Below are positions 1-8,220 of a stretch of DNA of 14,148 nt, in pieces. The stretch covers positions 1 through 14,148 of the forward strand of contig NW_021826713.1 of NCBI RefSeq assembly GCF_006345805.1, written 5' to 3'. Below the pieces are notes generated by a model. The model saw only the letters and a program-made list of their open reading frames with translations, was not told the origin of the DNA and did no database searches. This DNA is from Octopus sinensis. Lineage: Eukaryota. Positions within the stretch are counted from its first letter, which is position 1. Every line of letters starts with the position of its first letter. The translations under genes were made by a program, and so were the position numbers.

Positions 1-187
1 CTGTACCGACTGCGATACCAAGTAACATTTCCGCTGAAAGGCAAGGCTAGAAAAGTTCAGTGGTTTGTAGAAGGACTTTAGTGGAGCGTAGGGTCAGTCA
101 GTATTGTGACGCTAGGATTAACAGTCCATGGAAACCGGCAATTCGACTGGATATCTTTAGCCATCGGTTCAGATCTCCCAACACTGA

Positions 188-615
188 TGTGCATGCGTGT
201 ATGTGAATATGAGTGTTATTGTATGTGTATCTATTTATGCATGCATGAATATATATGTGTGTGTATATATGTATGTATGCATTTATGTATATGTGTGTAT
301 ATATTTGTATATATTTGTTTATATGTATATATATTTATGTATTCATATACATATAAATTCATATATGCATACATTCAAATATATACCACCCACACGCAGT
401 TACATAGATACAAGTACACTTACTAACATATATATATACGCAAGCGTTCATAAACAAAATCATACATATAAACATAGATACGTATATACATACATGAATA
501 CACACAAACATATAAATTCGTACATCAAACATAATTGCATACATACATACATGCATACATACATACGTACATACATATACACATACATACATACATACAT
601 ACATACATACATACA
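188..615. repeat. Compound low-complexity tract (TA/TG/CA), ending in (CATA)n
   Basis: Degenerate tatg/tgtg/tata units, then a near-perfect (CATA)n run at about 538-613. Confidence 0.9.
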
Positions 616-773
616 CGTGGACATTACGGGATATTTGGATCGTATAATAGGGAGCCTGAAAAACAACACACCGGAATACCGTAAACTCAAAAATGAGTGA
701 GTGAGAGAGAGAGTGGGAAAGAAACAGGATCTAAAAGGATGAAAAGTACCTGCTTATAAGTACATATGTAAAC

Positions 774-836
<63 letters not shown>

Positions 837-943
837 TTATAATATATATATATGTATATATATATAGATATTATATACGCACACAAATACATGCATATAC
901 ATACACACATACATAGAGAGAAATTATCTCTCTCTTTCTCTCT

Positions 944-998
<55 letters not shown>

Positions 999-1000
999 GT
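774..1000. repeat. (TA)n and (TC)n microsatellites
   Basis: Dinucleotide runs visible directly. Confidence 0.95.
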
Positions 1001-1231
1001 AATATATATATAAGTACAAATACGTACACATATTTCTATTCATTGCATACATATACATTTAAAATACATATATAATACATATACACATTTGTGCGTGTGT
1101 GTGTATGTGTGCGTGTGTAGGAGTGTGTGTGCATGTATGTATATCGATGGATAGATAATTAGATAGATATGCAAGTGTAAGAGTGTGTCTATGTGTATAT
1201 GTCTTTCTGCTCTGTGTGTATGAACGTATAT

Positions 1232-1233
<2 letters not shown>

Positions 1234-1271
<38 letters not shown>

Positions 1272-1279
1272 GCGTGTGT
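1234..1279. repeat. (GT)n microsatellite
   Basis: Perfect GT run at 1234-1266 with a degenerate extension. Confidence 0.95.
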
Positions 1280-1299
1280 CTTTAATAGAATGTTTGTCC

Positions 1300-1420
1300 A
1301 GTAGCCATGTTGATTTGCCGCTATATAAAACTCAACGGCGGGACACTAGGGAAACTTCGCGGTAGGAAAACATCGCCGCACGCTTCGGACACAATCTTAT
1401 ACAGATGACATCATAATTCG
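1300..1420 (+). promoter_or_regulatory. Candidate Pol II core promoter (TATA box, CpG-rich)
   Basis: TATATAAAA at 1322-1330, YY1-like GCCATGTTG at 1304-1312 and CRE-like TGACATCA at 1406-1413. CpG density is much higher than in the flanks and the sequence is not low-complexity. Confidence 0.4.
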
Positions 1421-1801
1421 GACAGCAAAAGTTCATTGTTGAATACACGGGCAGAGAAAAAGGTGGCAGGGGAAAGATATGTTTGCTACCAGACTTGGTT
1501 GTAGCAGAACCAGATACATCGCTTCCGAACCACCGAACACAGTGCAATCTGCCGATACTGATATTAGTGCTGTGTCTCTATTTTGGCATCTGACAGGTCG
1601 CTTCGGTAGAATTACTTTGAAGTCAACTATTAGATATATTCGTTAGAGTCGCTTTTTTTTTTAACCCAGCGCGTTATTGTTCATCTTATTTTTGTTTTCT
1701 TTGCTATTATGTGTTTTTTTCAAGTGTTCAGTTTTGTTGTTCGTTTTATAATTTTTATAAATTTATTTTATTTATTTATCTATTTTTTTTTTTCGTTTTC
1801 G

Positions 1802-1862
1802 ATGTCTGCGAGGAAGGTGCTGAGAGCGGAGATCTTGGACGGAGAGAGTATTCAAAGAAAGC
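1802..1862 (+). CDS. Candidate exon, possibly first coding exon (MSARKVLRAEILDGESIQRK, phase-1 end); product unknown
   Basis: ATG at 1802 and 20 open codons in a purine/GC-rich island, followed by a strong donor (C|GTGAGT, GT at 1863). It lies downstream of the TATA candidate. Could instead be 5' UTR or a uORF. Confidence 0.35.
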
Positions 1863-1989
1863 GTGAGTGATATTTTCAGATACTTTCTCTACTAAGATTC
1901 ATGCCAGGCATATGCGATTCACGCTAACATATATCCAGGCACGCACACAAAAATAAGGGCTCAAGCAATTATACACACACAGACACACA

Positions 1990-2038
1990 ATACATACATA
2001 CATACATACATACATACATACATACATACATACATACA
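1990..2038. repeat. (TACA)n microsatellite
   Basis: Tetranucleotide run visible directly. Confidence 0.95.
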
Positions 2039-2095
2039 TTCGTACATACAAATACATGCTTATATGCATGCATACGTACATACATAGCTGTATAT

Positions 2096-2310
2096 ATTCT
2101 TTTATTCTTTTACTTGTCTCAGTCCTATGACCGCGACCATTCTGGAGCATTACCTTTAGTCGAACAAATCACCTGCAGGACTTATTCTTTTTAAGCCTAG
2201 AACATATTCTATCGGTCTCCTTTGCCGAACCGTTAAGTCACGAGGGACGTAAACACAGCAAAATCAGTTGTCAATCGATGGTGGGCGGGGGACTAACACA
2301 GATACACAAG
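2096..2310 (-). mobile_element. SINE family A, 3' half
   Basis: The reverse complement aligns by eye with 7745-7950 (e.g. + ttctatcggtctcctttgccgaaccgttaagt versus ttagcatgtgagaaaagagaccgatagcataag). It runs into a (CA)n tract, matching the internal TG-rich spacer of the copy at 7120-7955. Confidence 0.85.
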
Positions 2311-2312
2311 TA

Positions 2313-2315
<3 letters not shown>

Positions 2316-2386
<71 letters not shown>

Positions 2387-2418
2387 ATATATATATATAT
2401 ATTATATATATATATATA
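2316..2418. repeat. (CA)n followed by (TA)n microsatellite
   Basis: Perfect CA run at 2316-2384, then TA. Confidence 0.95.
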
Positions 2419-2688
2419 ATTCAGCTCTGAAAACATGTGTGTTTCGTTCAACATCCTTAAACAACTTTTACTCAGGGACCTTTTGAGCGAGATGGGTTAC
2501 TTGACCAGAAGAACATTCTAACTGGGCCCCACCTGCAAGGGCATATGCTGTTTACCTTGATATGAGATCACCATGTCGCGCACATATGTTTGTGATGCAT
2601 GTGCCTAGTGTAAGCTTATCAGACGTGTAGCCCTGATATGTATACTAGGCTTCTTATATTTTACCCCAGTGTCTCTGCTCTCTCACTC
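2417..2688. mobile_element. TAA-associated interspersed repeat, family C, partial copy 1
   Basis: Direct-repeat similarity to about 3232-3447 (shared atatgagatcaccatgt, tgtgatgcatgtgcct, ttatcagacg). Ends at ctcactc, directly followed by (AAT)n. Confidence 0.8.

Positions 2689-2765
<77 letters not shown>
2689..2765. repeat. (AAT)n microsatellite
   Basis: Visible directly. Confidence 0.95.
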
Positions 2766-2766
<1 letters not shown>

Positions 2767-2784
2767 TTTTTTTTTAAATTTATT

Positions 2785-2936
2785 TATTAGACATTCACTA
2801 GTACAACACCCGCCCCCCCCAATATATGGCACACTAGGCATAACAACAATGTGAACTTCCAACCTGTTGTCTCTCGAGGTCTCTGGGTGAGACTTGGAGC
2901 CAACTTGTACAAACATAAAGCAAAAGTCAAACATAT
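2785..2936 (+). mobile_element. Probable 3' UTR fragment of a TAA-targeting non-LTR retrotransposon
   Basis: About 150 bp of complex sequence (gaggtctctgggtgagacttggagccaacttgtacaaac...) between two (AAT)n tracts, with an A-rich end merging into TAA. The family assignment is from recall only. Confidence 0.5.
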
Positions 2937-2937
2937 A

Positions 2938-3003
<66 letters not shown>
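2937..3003. repeat. (AAT)n microsatellite
   Basis: Visible directly. Confidence 0.95.
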
Positions 3004-3005
<2 letters not shown>

Positions 3006-3447
3006 CCTCTGATCTTACCTGTTTGGAAGTGTTATTACGTACACATTTTGTCTTGGTATAAAAGCGAGGCTACAGCAAATATTTTGCTTTATACCACAGA
3101 TTTGCTTATCTGTTGCTTGACCTTAACCAGTTGAGCATGTGCCTTGGTGGTTGACAATATTTGCATCTTTGATCACGAGCGGAAGCAGTGCGGGAGCATC
3201 ATATCCGTGAGTTGAGAGGAATTCTTTGAATAATTCACCTCTGGAAACATGGATGTTTTGTTCAGCATCTTCAAACAACTCTTATTATTAACTGGGCCTC
3301 ATCTACAAGATCATGCCCTGTTTATTTTCATATGAGATCACCATGTGGCATATATATGGATGTGATGCATGTGCCTGGTGCACCATTATCAGACGGGTAG
3401 TCATGATGCGTATACTGGACTTCATATATTTTACTGCTCACTCACTC
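3004..3447. mobile_element. TAA-associated interspersed repeat, family C, longer copy 2
   Basis: The right half is homologous to 2417-2688 but lacks about 45 bp (the cagggaccttttgagc...gaacattc segment). It has the same ctcactc-aat end and starts right after an (AAT)n tract. Confidence 0.8.
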
Positions 3448-3448
3448 A

Positions 3449-3672
3449 ATTTCAAAATTTTCCACAAAGGCAGCAATATTTTTTTTGGTGGGGAGAAGGG
3501 ATGAGTCGATTTACATCGAGCCCATTGTTTAACTGGTACTTATTTTATTGAACCCGAAAAGATGAAAGGCAAAGTCGACCACGACGGAATTTGAAGTCAG
3601 AATGCAGTGGCTGACAAAATACCGCGAAGAATTTCTCCCGGTGTGCTAACGATTCTGCCATCTCGCCGCCCC
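3449..3672 (-). mobile_element. tRNA-derived SINE family B, copy 1
   Basis: The minus strand begins ggcggcgagaTGGCAGAATCGttagc (A-box-like), followed by gacTTCAAATTCC (B-box-like) and gactttgcctttcatc...aataagtaccag, which resembles the Nin/Deu central SINE domain. Clearly similar to 3790-4002. Confidence 0.85.
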
Positions 3673-3748
<76 letters not shown>

Positions 3749-3753
3749 TAAAA

Positions 3754-3788
<35 letters not shown>

Positions 3789-3790
3789 AA
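3673..3790. repeat. (AAT)n microsatellite
   Basis: Perfect run at about 3673-3747, then degenerate. Confidence 0.95.
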
Positions 3791-4002
3791 TCCTTTGTAC
3801 TAAAGGCCCAAGATCTGAAATTTGGGAAGGCTTTAAGTCGATTACAACGACCCCTTTGCGTAACTTGTAGTTATTGAATTGACCCCGAAAGGATGAAAGG
3901 CAAAGCCGACCTCGGCGGAATTTGAACTCAGAACATAGAGGTAGACAAATTACTAGTAAGCATTTCGTCCGGTGTGCTAATAATTCTGCCAGCTCACCAC
4001 CT
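3790..4002 (-). mobile_element. tRNA-derived SINE family B, copy 2
   Basis: The minus strand reads ggtggtgagctggcagaattattagcacaccggacgaaatgctta...gagttcaaattccgccgaggtcggctttgcctttcatcctttcggggtc. Direct repeat of 3449-3672. Confidence 0.85.
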
Positions 4003-4005
4003 CAG

Positions 4006-4097
4006 TAATAACAACAACAACAACAACAACACAACAACAACAACAGCAAGAAGTAGTAGTAGAAGAAGAAGAAGAAGAAGAAGAAGAAGAAGAAGAA

Positions 4098-4128
<31 letters not shown>

Positions 4129-4145
4129 AAGAAGAAGAAGAAGAT
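4006..4145. repeat. Compound trinucleotide microsatellite (AAC)n-(AGT)n-(AAG)n
   Basis: Visible directly. Confidence 0.95.
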
Positions 4146-4519
4146 GATAACAGTAATTATTTAAGAATTTGGTACTGTCGTGCCCATTACGATATTCATT
4201 ACAAACATTATGGTGGTGATGATGATGATGATCATAATTGAAAAGTCCCCTCCATCATCATTCTCACCACTATCACTATCATCATCACCGTCGTCACCTT
4301 CATTAACTACTTGATCTGTGTTCGTCGGCATCACCAGCATCTTCATCACCATCTCTCTCAATGCCAGTGTCGCTGTTATTCCTATTATAAGTTTGGCCGT
4401 TTCTATTCTTGTAGGAAATGGTTAAATGGAACCACAAAACATATTTCTTACACTGTCTGTATTTACTTCAGTATTTTTGATGAGTTCAGTCTGTCCTTAA
4501 CCTTGCTTTGTCAGACAAA

Positions 4520-4741
4520 GTGTATACATACAAACATACATACATACAAACATACATACATGCATACATACATACATAAATACGTACATACGTACATACA
4601 TATATATCTCATATACATATACATATACATATATATATATATATATTAAAACACACACATACATACACACTCACACATATGCACATATATGACAGATATG
4701 TAGATAGACAGATAAATATAAAGAAAGATAGATAGACAGAC

Positions 4742-4796
<55 letters not shown>

Positions 4797-4797
4797 A
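4520..4797. repeat. (CATA)n/(TA)n followed by (GATA)n microsatellites
   Basis: Degenerate CATA/TA tract, then a (GATA)n run at about 4743-4794. Confidence 0.9.
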
Positions 4798-5098
4798 ATA
4801 TCACTGCTTAATATATTCATATTTGTATACACAAATATTTTTAACATACGTTTATGCATACACACATTAATATATTCACATATATTCACTCATTCATAGA
4901 CACGTACACACCTACAAACATATATTCAAACATACATTTACATATACCTATAAAAACAAACACACATACACACGTGGAACCATACATACATATATACTTG
5001 CATATCTTTTTTTTTCTTTTTTTTTTTTGACCATAATTTAACAAGTGACAGTTTGTCAGCCGAGTTTGGCAACTGTTGGGTTTATGTTTTCTCTGCAG

Positions 5099-5187
5099 CC
5101 CTTCAGACACTATATATATGCTGACCCGAATACCACTTTCTCAACGGTTCGGAGTAGGTTCAAAATGATGTCACCAGAAACCAAAGG
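5099..5187 (+). CDS. Candidate internal exon (phase-0 reading PFRHYIYADPNTTFSTVRSRFKMMSPETKG); product unknown
   Basis: Strong acceptor tttatgttttctctgcag| ending at 5098, an 89-nt complex island with one open frame, and a possible donor AAGG|GTATAT (GT at 5188). Contains in-frame ATGATG at 5165 that could be a start codon. Confidence 0.4.
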
Positions 5188-5369
5188 GTATATAACATAC
5201 ACTAACTCTATTGTTAAATATAGAACTTTGTGTTTGTGAAAACGATGTTTGATATAACATTTCATTGATATAGATACAGAAATATATAGGTATACGTACA
5301 TATAAGAGAACGCGTGTGTGTTTCTCTCTGTCTCTCTCCCTCCCTCTAAATTTGTATTAATTCAGTGCG

Positions 5370-5940
5370 ATGTGGCAGGTCAGGGAGTGACTGAAGCGGT
5401 GGAGCGATGAATAAAAATGCCTGTTATGTTTATTTAGGTCTCTTTAGGTAACGTGTTCAAATCCGTAGAGGTCAGTTTTTGCATTTCTTTATTGCAGTGT
5501 CAATAATATTCAACAGCATACCAGTACAGGAATCAATATAATCGATAGCTCGACCCTTGAAAACATTTGAGACCTTGTGCAACAGCCAGAAATCAATATT
5601 AGGAACAGCAGATTGACAAAAATCGTACCAGCGTTCAAATCCCATAGGGGTCAACTTTGCCTTTAATCCTGCCGGTGTTCATAAAATAAAGATTTGGCTA
5701 CGTATTAGGATGATCGATATTTTTATCTATTTCCCTCGCAGAAAATACTGGACTTTGCACGTAATTCAAAAATAATTATGAGTGCAACAGAGTAATGTCT
5801 GAAAAACGAAAACGGTAAATGATAGTGCCTTTTGATATTGAATTAAAACCCTTTAATATCTTGAGTTCGAATTTCGCCGATGTGAATTTTGCTCCTCATA
5901 ATTATTGGGCCGCTTATATAGTACTAGAGATTTATAAAAG
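5370..5940 (+). mobile_element. Three tandem, highly decayed SINE family B copies
   Basis: Three B-box-plus-core motifs: gtgttcaaatccgtagaggtcagtttttgcatt (about 5453), gcgttcaaatcccataggggtcaactttgccttt (about 5631) and gagttcgaatttcgccgatgtgaattttgc (about 5863). Each matches the reverse complement of 3880-3930. Confidence 0.7.
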
Positions 5941-6107
5941 GCGTTCGAACCTCCCCATTTTATGGGTATACCATTCATCAGTTATCAGGGGGAGATAACG
6001 AAAATGTCAGCACGCTGCCATTGTAAAACTATCGTACATTGGTACTAATAACTATATAATGAGTGCTACAAGGGATTACATCAGTACATGACGGAGGCAA
6101 AAACAGA

Positions 6108-6136
6108 ATTATTATTATTATTATTATTATTATTAG

Positions 6137-6180
<44 letters not shown>
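6108..6180. repeat. (ATT)n microsatellite
   Basis: Visible directly. Confidence 0.95.
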
Positions 6181-6507
6181 CATTGTTCAGTAGTTTTATT
6201 TTTATAGCGTGCTTTCACTTCACTACCGAGCGCAGCTCTGTGTGCCTTGGTATGTGCTGTGATTTGATGTGATGCTCTGATGGTTATTGTTGGAAGTGTT
6301 CTGCGTAGGATGTGTGCAGCGCCTAGTAGTGCAATTTCTGTATGTTATATGTTTTTGTAAGTCCTGGTGTTTTTGTTATGTAATTTGTCTGAAATTTTTT
6401 ATCATGCCTAATGCACCTACTATGATTAGGAATGTTTTTCTGTTTTTAGATTCCACATTCTGGTTACCTCTATTTCCAGGTCTTTGTATTTGAGGTTTCT
6501 CCATTTC

Positions 6508-6510
<3 letters not shown>
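6181..6510 (-). mobile_element. 5'-truncated R4/Dong-like non-LTR retrotransposon (end of restriction-like endonuclease domain plus 3' UTR)
   Basis: With frameshifts, the minus strand reads KEMEK..KYKDLEIEVTRMWNLKTE..IIVGALGMIK..YITKTPGLT..IALLGAAHILRRTL. This matches the K..KY..L and P.IVGALG motifs at the C-terminus of RLE-bearing R4-clade ORFs. (TAA)n flanks both sides, which is the known Dong target. Confidence 0.85.
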
Positions 6511-6585
<75 letters not shown>

Positions 6586-6650
6586 GTATTATTTTTATAG
6601 TTATTATTATTATTATTATTGTTGTATTGATATGATTATTATTGCTATTA

Positions 6651-6696
<46 letters not shown>

Positions 6697-6716
6697 CATT
6701 ATTATTATTATTATTA
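6510..6716. repeat. (ATT)n microsatellite
   Basis: Perfect to about 6584, degenerate afterwards. Confidence 0.95.
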
Positions 6717-6846
6717 CCTCGCCGCCTTCCTTTAATCGAGCTGGTAATGCAGTTTTTCTTTTCCTGGTGGCTGTGGCAAAAGTTATCATGTGGACGAGTC
6801 TGAAAGCCAAGAGAACAGATACATTCCTATTTGGCATCCCTTCCAG
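6717..6846 (+). mobile_element. Probable L1/Tx1-like LINE ORF2 C-terminal fragment
   Basis: Reads SPPSFNRAGNAVFLFLVAVAKVIMWTSLKAKRTDTFL, resembling the hydrophobic-AK..IW..R segment after the zinc knuckle of L1/Tx1 ORF2. Confidence 0.45.
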
Positions 6847-7119
6847 GTGAGCGAATATATACGACCGTTTGAGTCGCCATAACTAAAGAAGGTAACTTTA
6901 CTTTACTTATTTTTACTCCATCTAATAGAACTTCTTTCACCGATTCAATCGGTGTAGTTGTTCCAGCTACAATTTGTTTCCATGTTACGTAGAACACTGA
7001 TGGAGCTTGTGAGGTAGTCGTCTGACCTCACACGGTACAAATGATCTGTAATGACCTACCTTTTTGCAAGACTCAAACTACATGTCGAACAATATTCACC
7101 ATTAGCTATAGTCGTGATA

Positions 7120-7955
7120 GTCTGGAAAGAAGTTTGCTTCTCAAACATACGGTTCCGGGTTCAGTCCCACTGCGTAGCGCCTTGAGCAGCTGTCTTCTAC
7201 AACAGCAACGGGCCGACTAAATCCTTGGGAACGGATTAGGTAGACCGAAAATGAAAGAAGTACGCCGTGTATGTATATGTATTTATTAATATGTGTATGT
7301 TTGTGTGTGTGTTTTGTGTTTGCTTGTACGTGAGTGAGAAGGTGGAGGCGCAATGGCCCAGTGGTTAGGGCAGCGGACTCGCGGTCATAGGATCGCGGTT
7401 TCGATTCCCAGACCGGGCGTTGTGAGTGTTTATTGAGCGAAAACACCTAAAGCTCCACGAGGTTCCGGCAGGGGATGGTGGTGATGCCTGCTGTACTCTT
7501 TCACCACAACTTTCTCTCACTCTTACTTCCTGTTTCTGTTGTACCTGTATTTCAAAGGGCCGGCCTTGTCACTCTCTGTGTCACGCTAAATATCCCCGAG
7601 AACTACGTTAAGGGTACACGTGTCTGTGGAGTGCTCAGCCACTTACACGTTAATTTCACGAGCAGGCTGTTCCGTTGATTCGGATCAACCGGAACCCTCG
7701 TCGTCGTAACCGACGGAGTGCTTCCATCCACGTGAGTGATATCATTTTGTGTTTGTGTGACCCACCAGCGCTTGACAAGCGGTGCTGGTTGCTTTACGTA
7801 CCAGTAAGTTAGCATGTGAGAAAAGAGACCGATAGCATAAGGACCAAGCTTATAAAATAATTACTGTTGTCAATTTGATCGACTAAACCCTTTAAAGGGA
7901 TGCTCCAGCATGGCTGCATACCAATAACAGAAACAAGTATAAGTAAAAAGTAAAA
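7120..7955 (+). mobile_element. SINE family A, near full length, split by a nested SINE
   Basis: 5' part (about 7120-7337) has a tRNA-like head (ggttccgggttcagtcccactgcg, B-box-like), a core and a TG-rich spacer. The 3' part (7740-7955) is homologous to the reverse complement of 2096-2310 and ends in an (agtaaaa)-like tail. Confidence 0.8.
7338..7729 (+). mobile_element. Well-preserved tRNA-derived SINE (family D) with a 10-bp TSD
   Basis: A box TGGCCCAGTGG at about 7354, B box GTTTCGATTCC at about 7398, many CpGs retained. The exact direct repeat ACGTGAGTGA lies at 7328-7337 and 7730-7739. Confidence 0.9.
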
Positions 7956-7964
7956 AGGTATAAG

Positions 7965-8220
7965 CAACCTCAGAATTTCTTCCATTTGTTTCACAATTGG
8001 CACCGTTTCTTGGCAATATTCCGTGACAGCTCATAATGTATCTTGCTGCAAAGCAGAAATTACGTGTTGAACATTATTCCTTATTTCCAACAATGTTTAG
8101 AGAGTGTTTATGCAGACTCTGTCTCCAAGAAAATATCTTAAAAAGAAAAAAATCATAAATAAATAGACAATTGGAAGCGTTCGAGTCAAAAATGGTTAGT
8201 GACATTTATTCCACCCTGTA
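7965..8220 (-). mobile_element. Tc1/mariner-superfamily remnant (one terminus fused to the transposase C-terminus)
   Basis: The minus strand starts TACAGGGTGG, a typical Tc1-like terminus after TA. It then reads DFFL/GDRVCINTL*TLLEIRNNVQHVISALQQDTL*AVTEYCQE, similar to the DFFLWGYLKDRVY...TL.EL...I...I consensus. Confidence 0.6.

Noticed and set aside
106-700. Overlapping 76-167 aa ORFs
   Set aside because: Mostly translations of TA/TG/CATA repeats (Y/I/M/C/V/H/T runs) that are open on both strands.
2669-2934. Poly-Ile ORFs (similarly poly-Asn, poly-Leu and poly-Ile ORFs at 3607-3870, 6063-6272 and 6584-6850)
   Set aside because: The homopolymers are frames of (AAT)n/(ATT)n tracts, and the flanking residues come from TE fragments.
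2417-4145. CRISPR-like repeat-spacer alternation
   Set aside because: The repeats are variable-length microsatellites and the spacers are 150-450 bp TE copies. The context is eukaryotic and there are no cas genes.
4161-4361. Acidic ORF (EGDDGDDDSDSGENDDGG)
   Set aside because: Degenerate (GAT/CAT)n trinucleotide tract with no splice or domain support.
4400-4500. Acceptor-like ttctattcttgtag|GAAATG as a missing exon between 1862 and 5099
   Set aside because: The phase-1 join gives an immediate stop (CGA AAT GGT TAA), and no good donor follows.
6717-6852. Host exon ending at the strong donor CAG|GTGAGC (GT at 6847)
   Set aside because: No convincing upstream acceptor, and the peptide looks like a LINE ORF2 fragment. 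Cryptic exonisation cannot be excluded.
7010-7032. let-7-like start TGAGGTAGT
   Set aside because: Only the first 9 nt match, and the hairpin is about 25 nt, far too short for a pre-miRNA.
7345-7420. tRNA gene
   Set aside because: A and B boxes are present but acceptor and anticodon stem pairing is poor. It continues into a SINE body bounded by a TSD.
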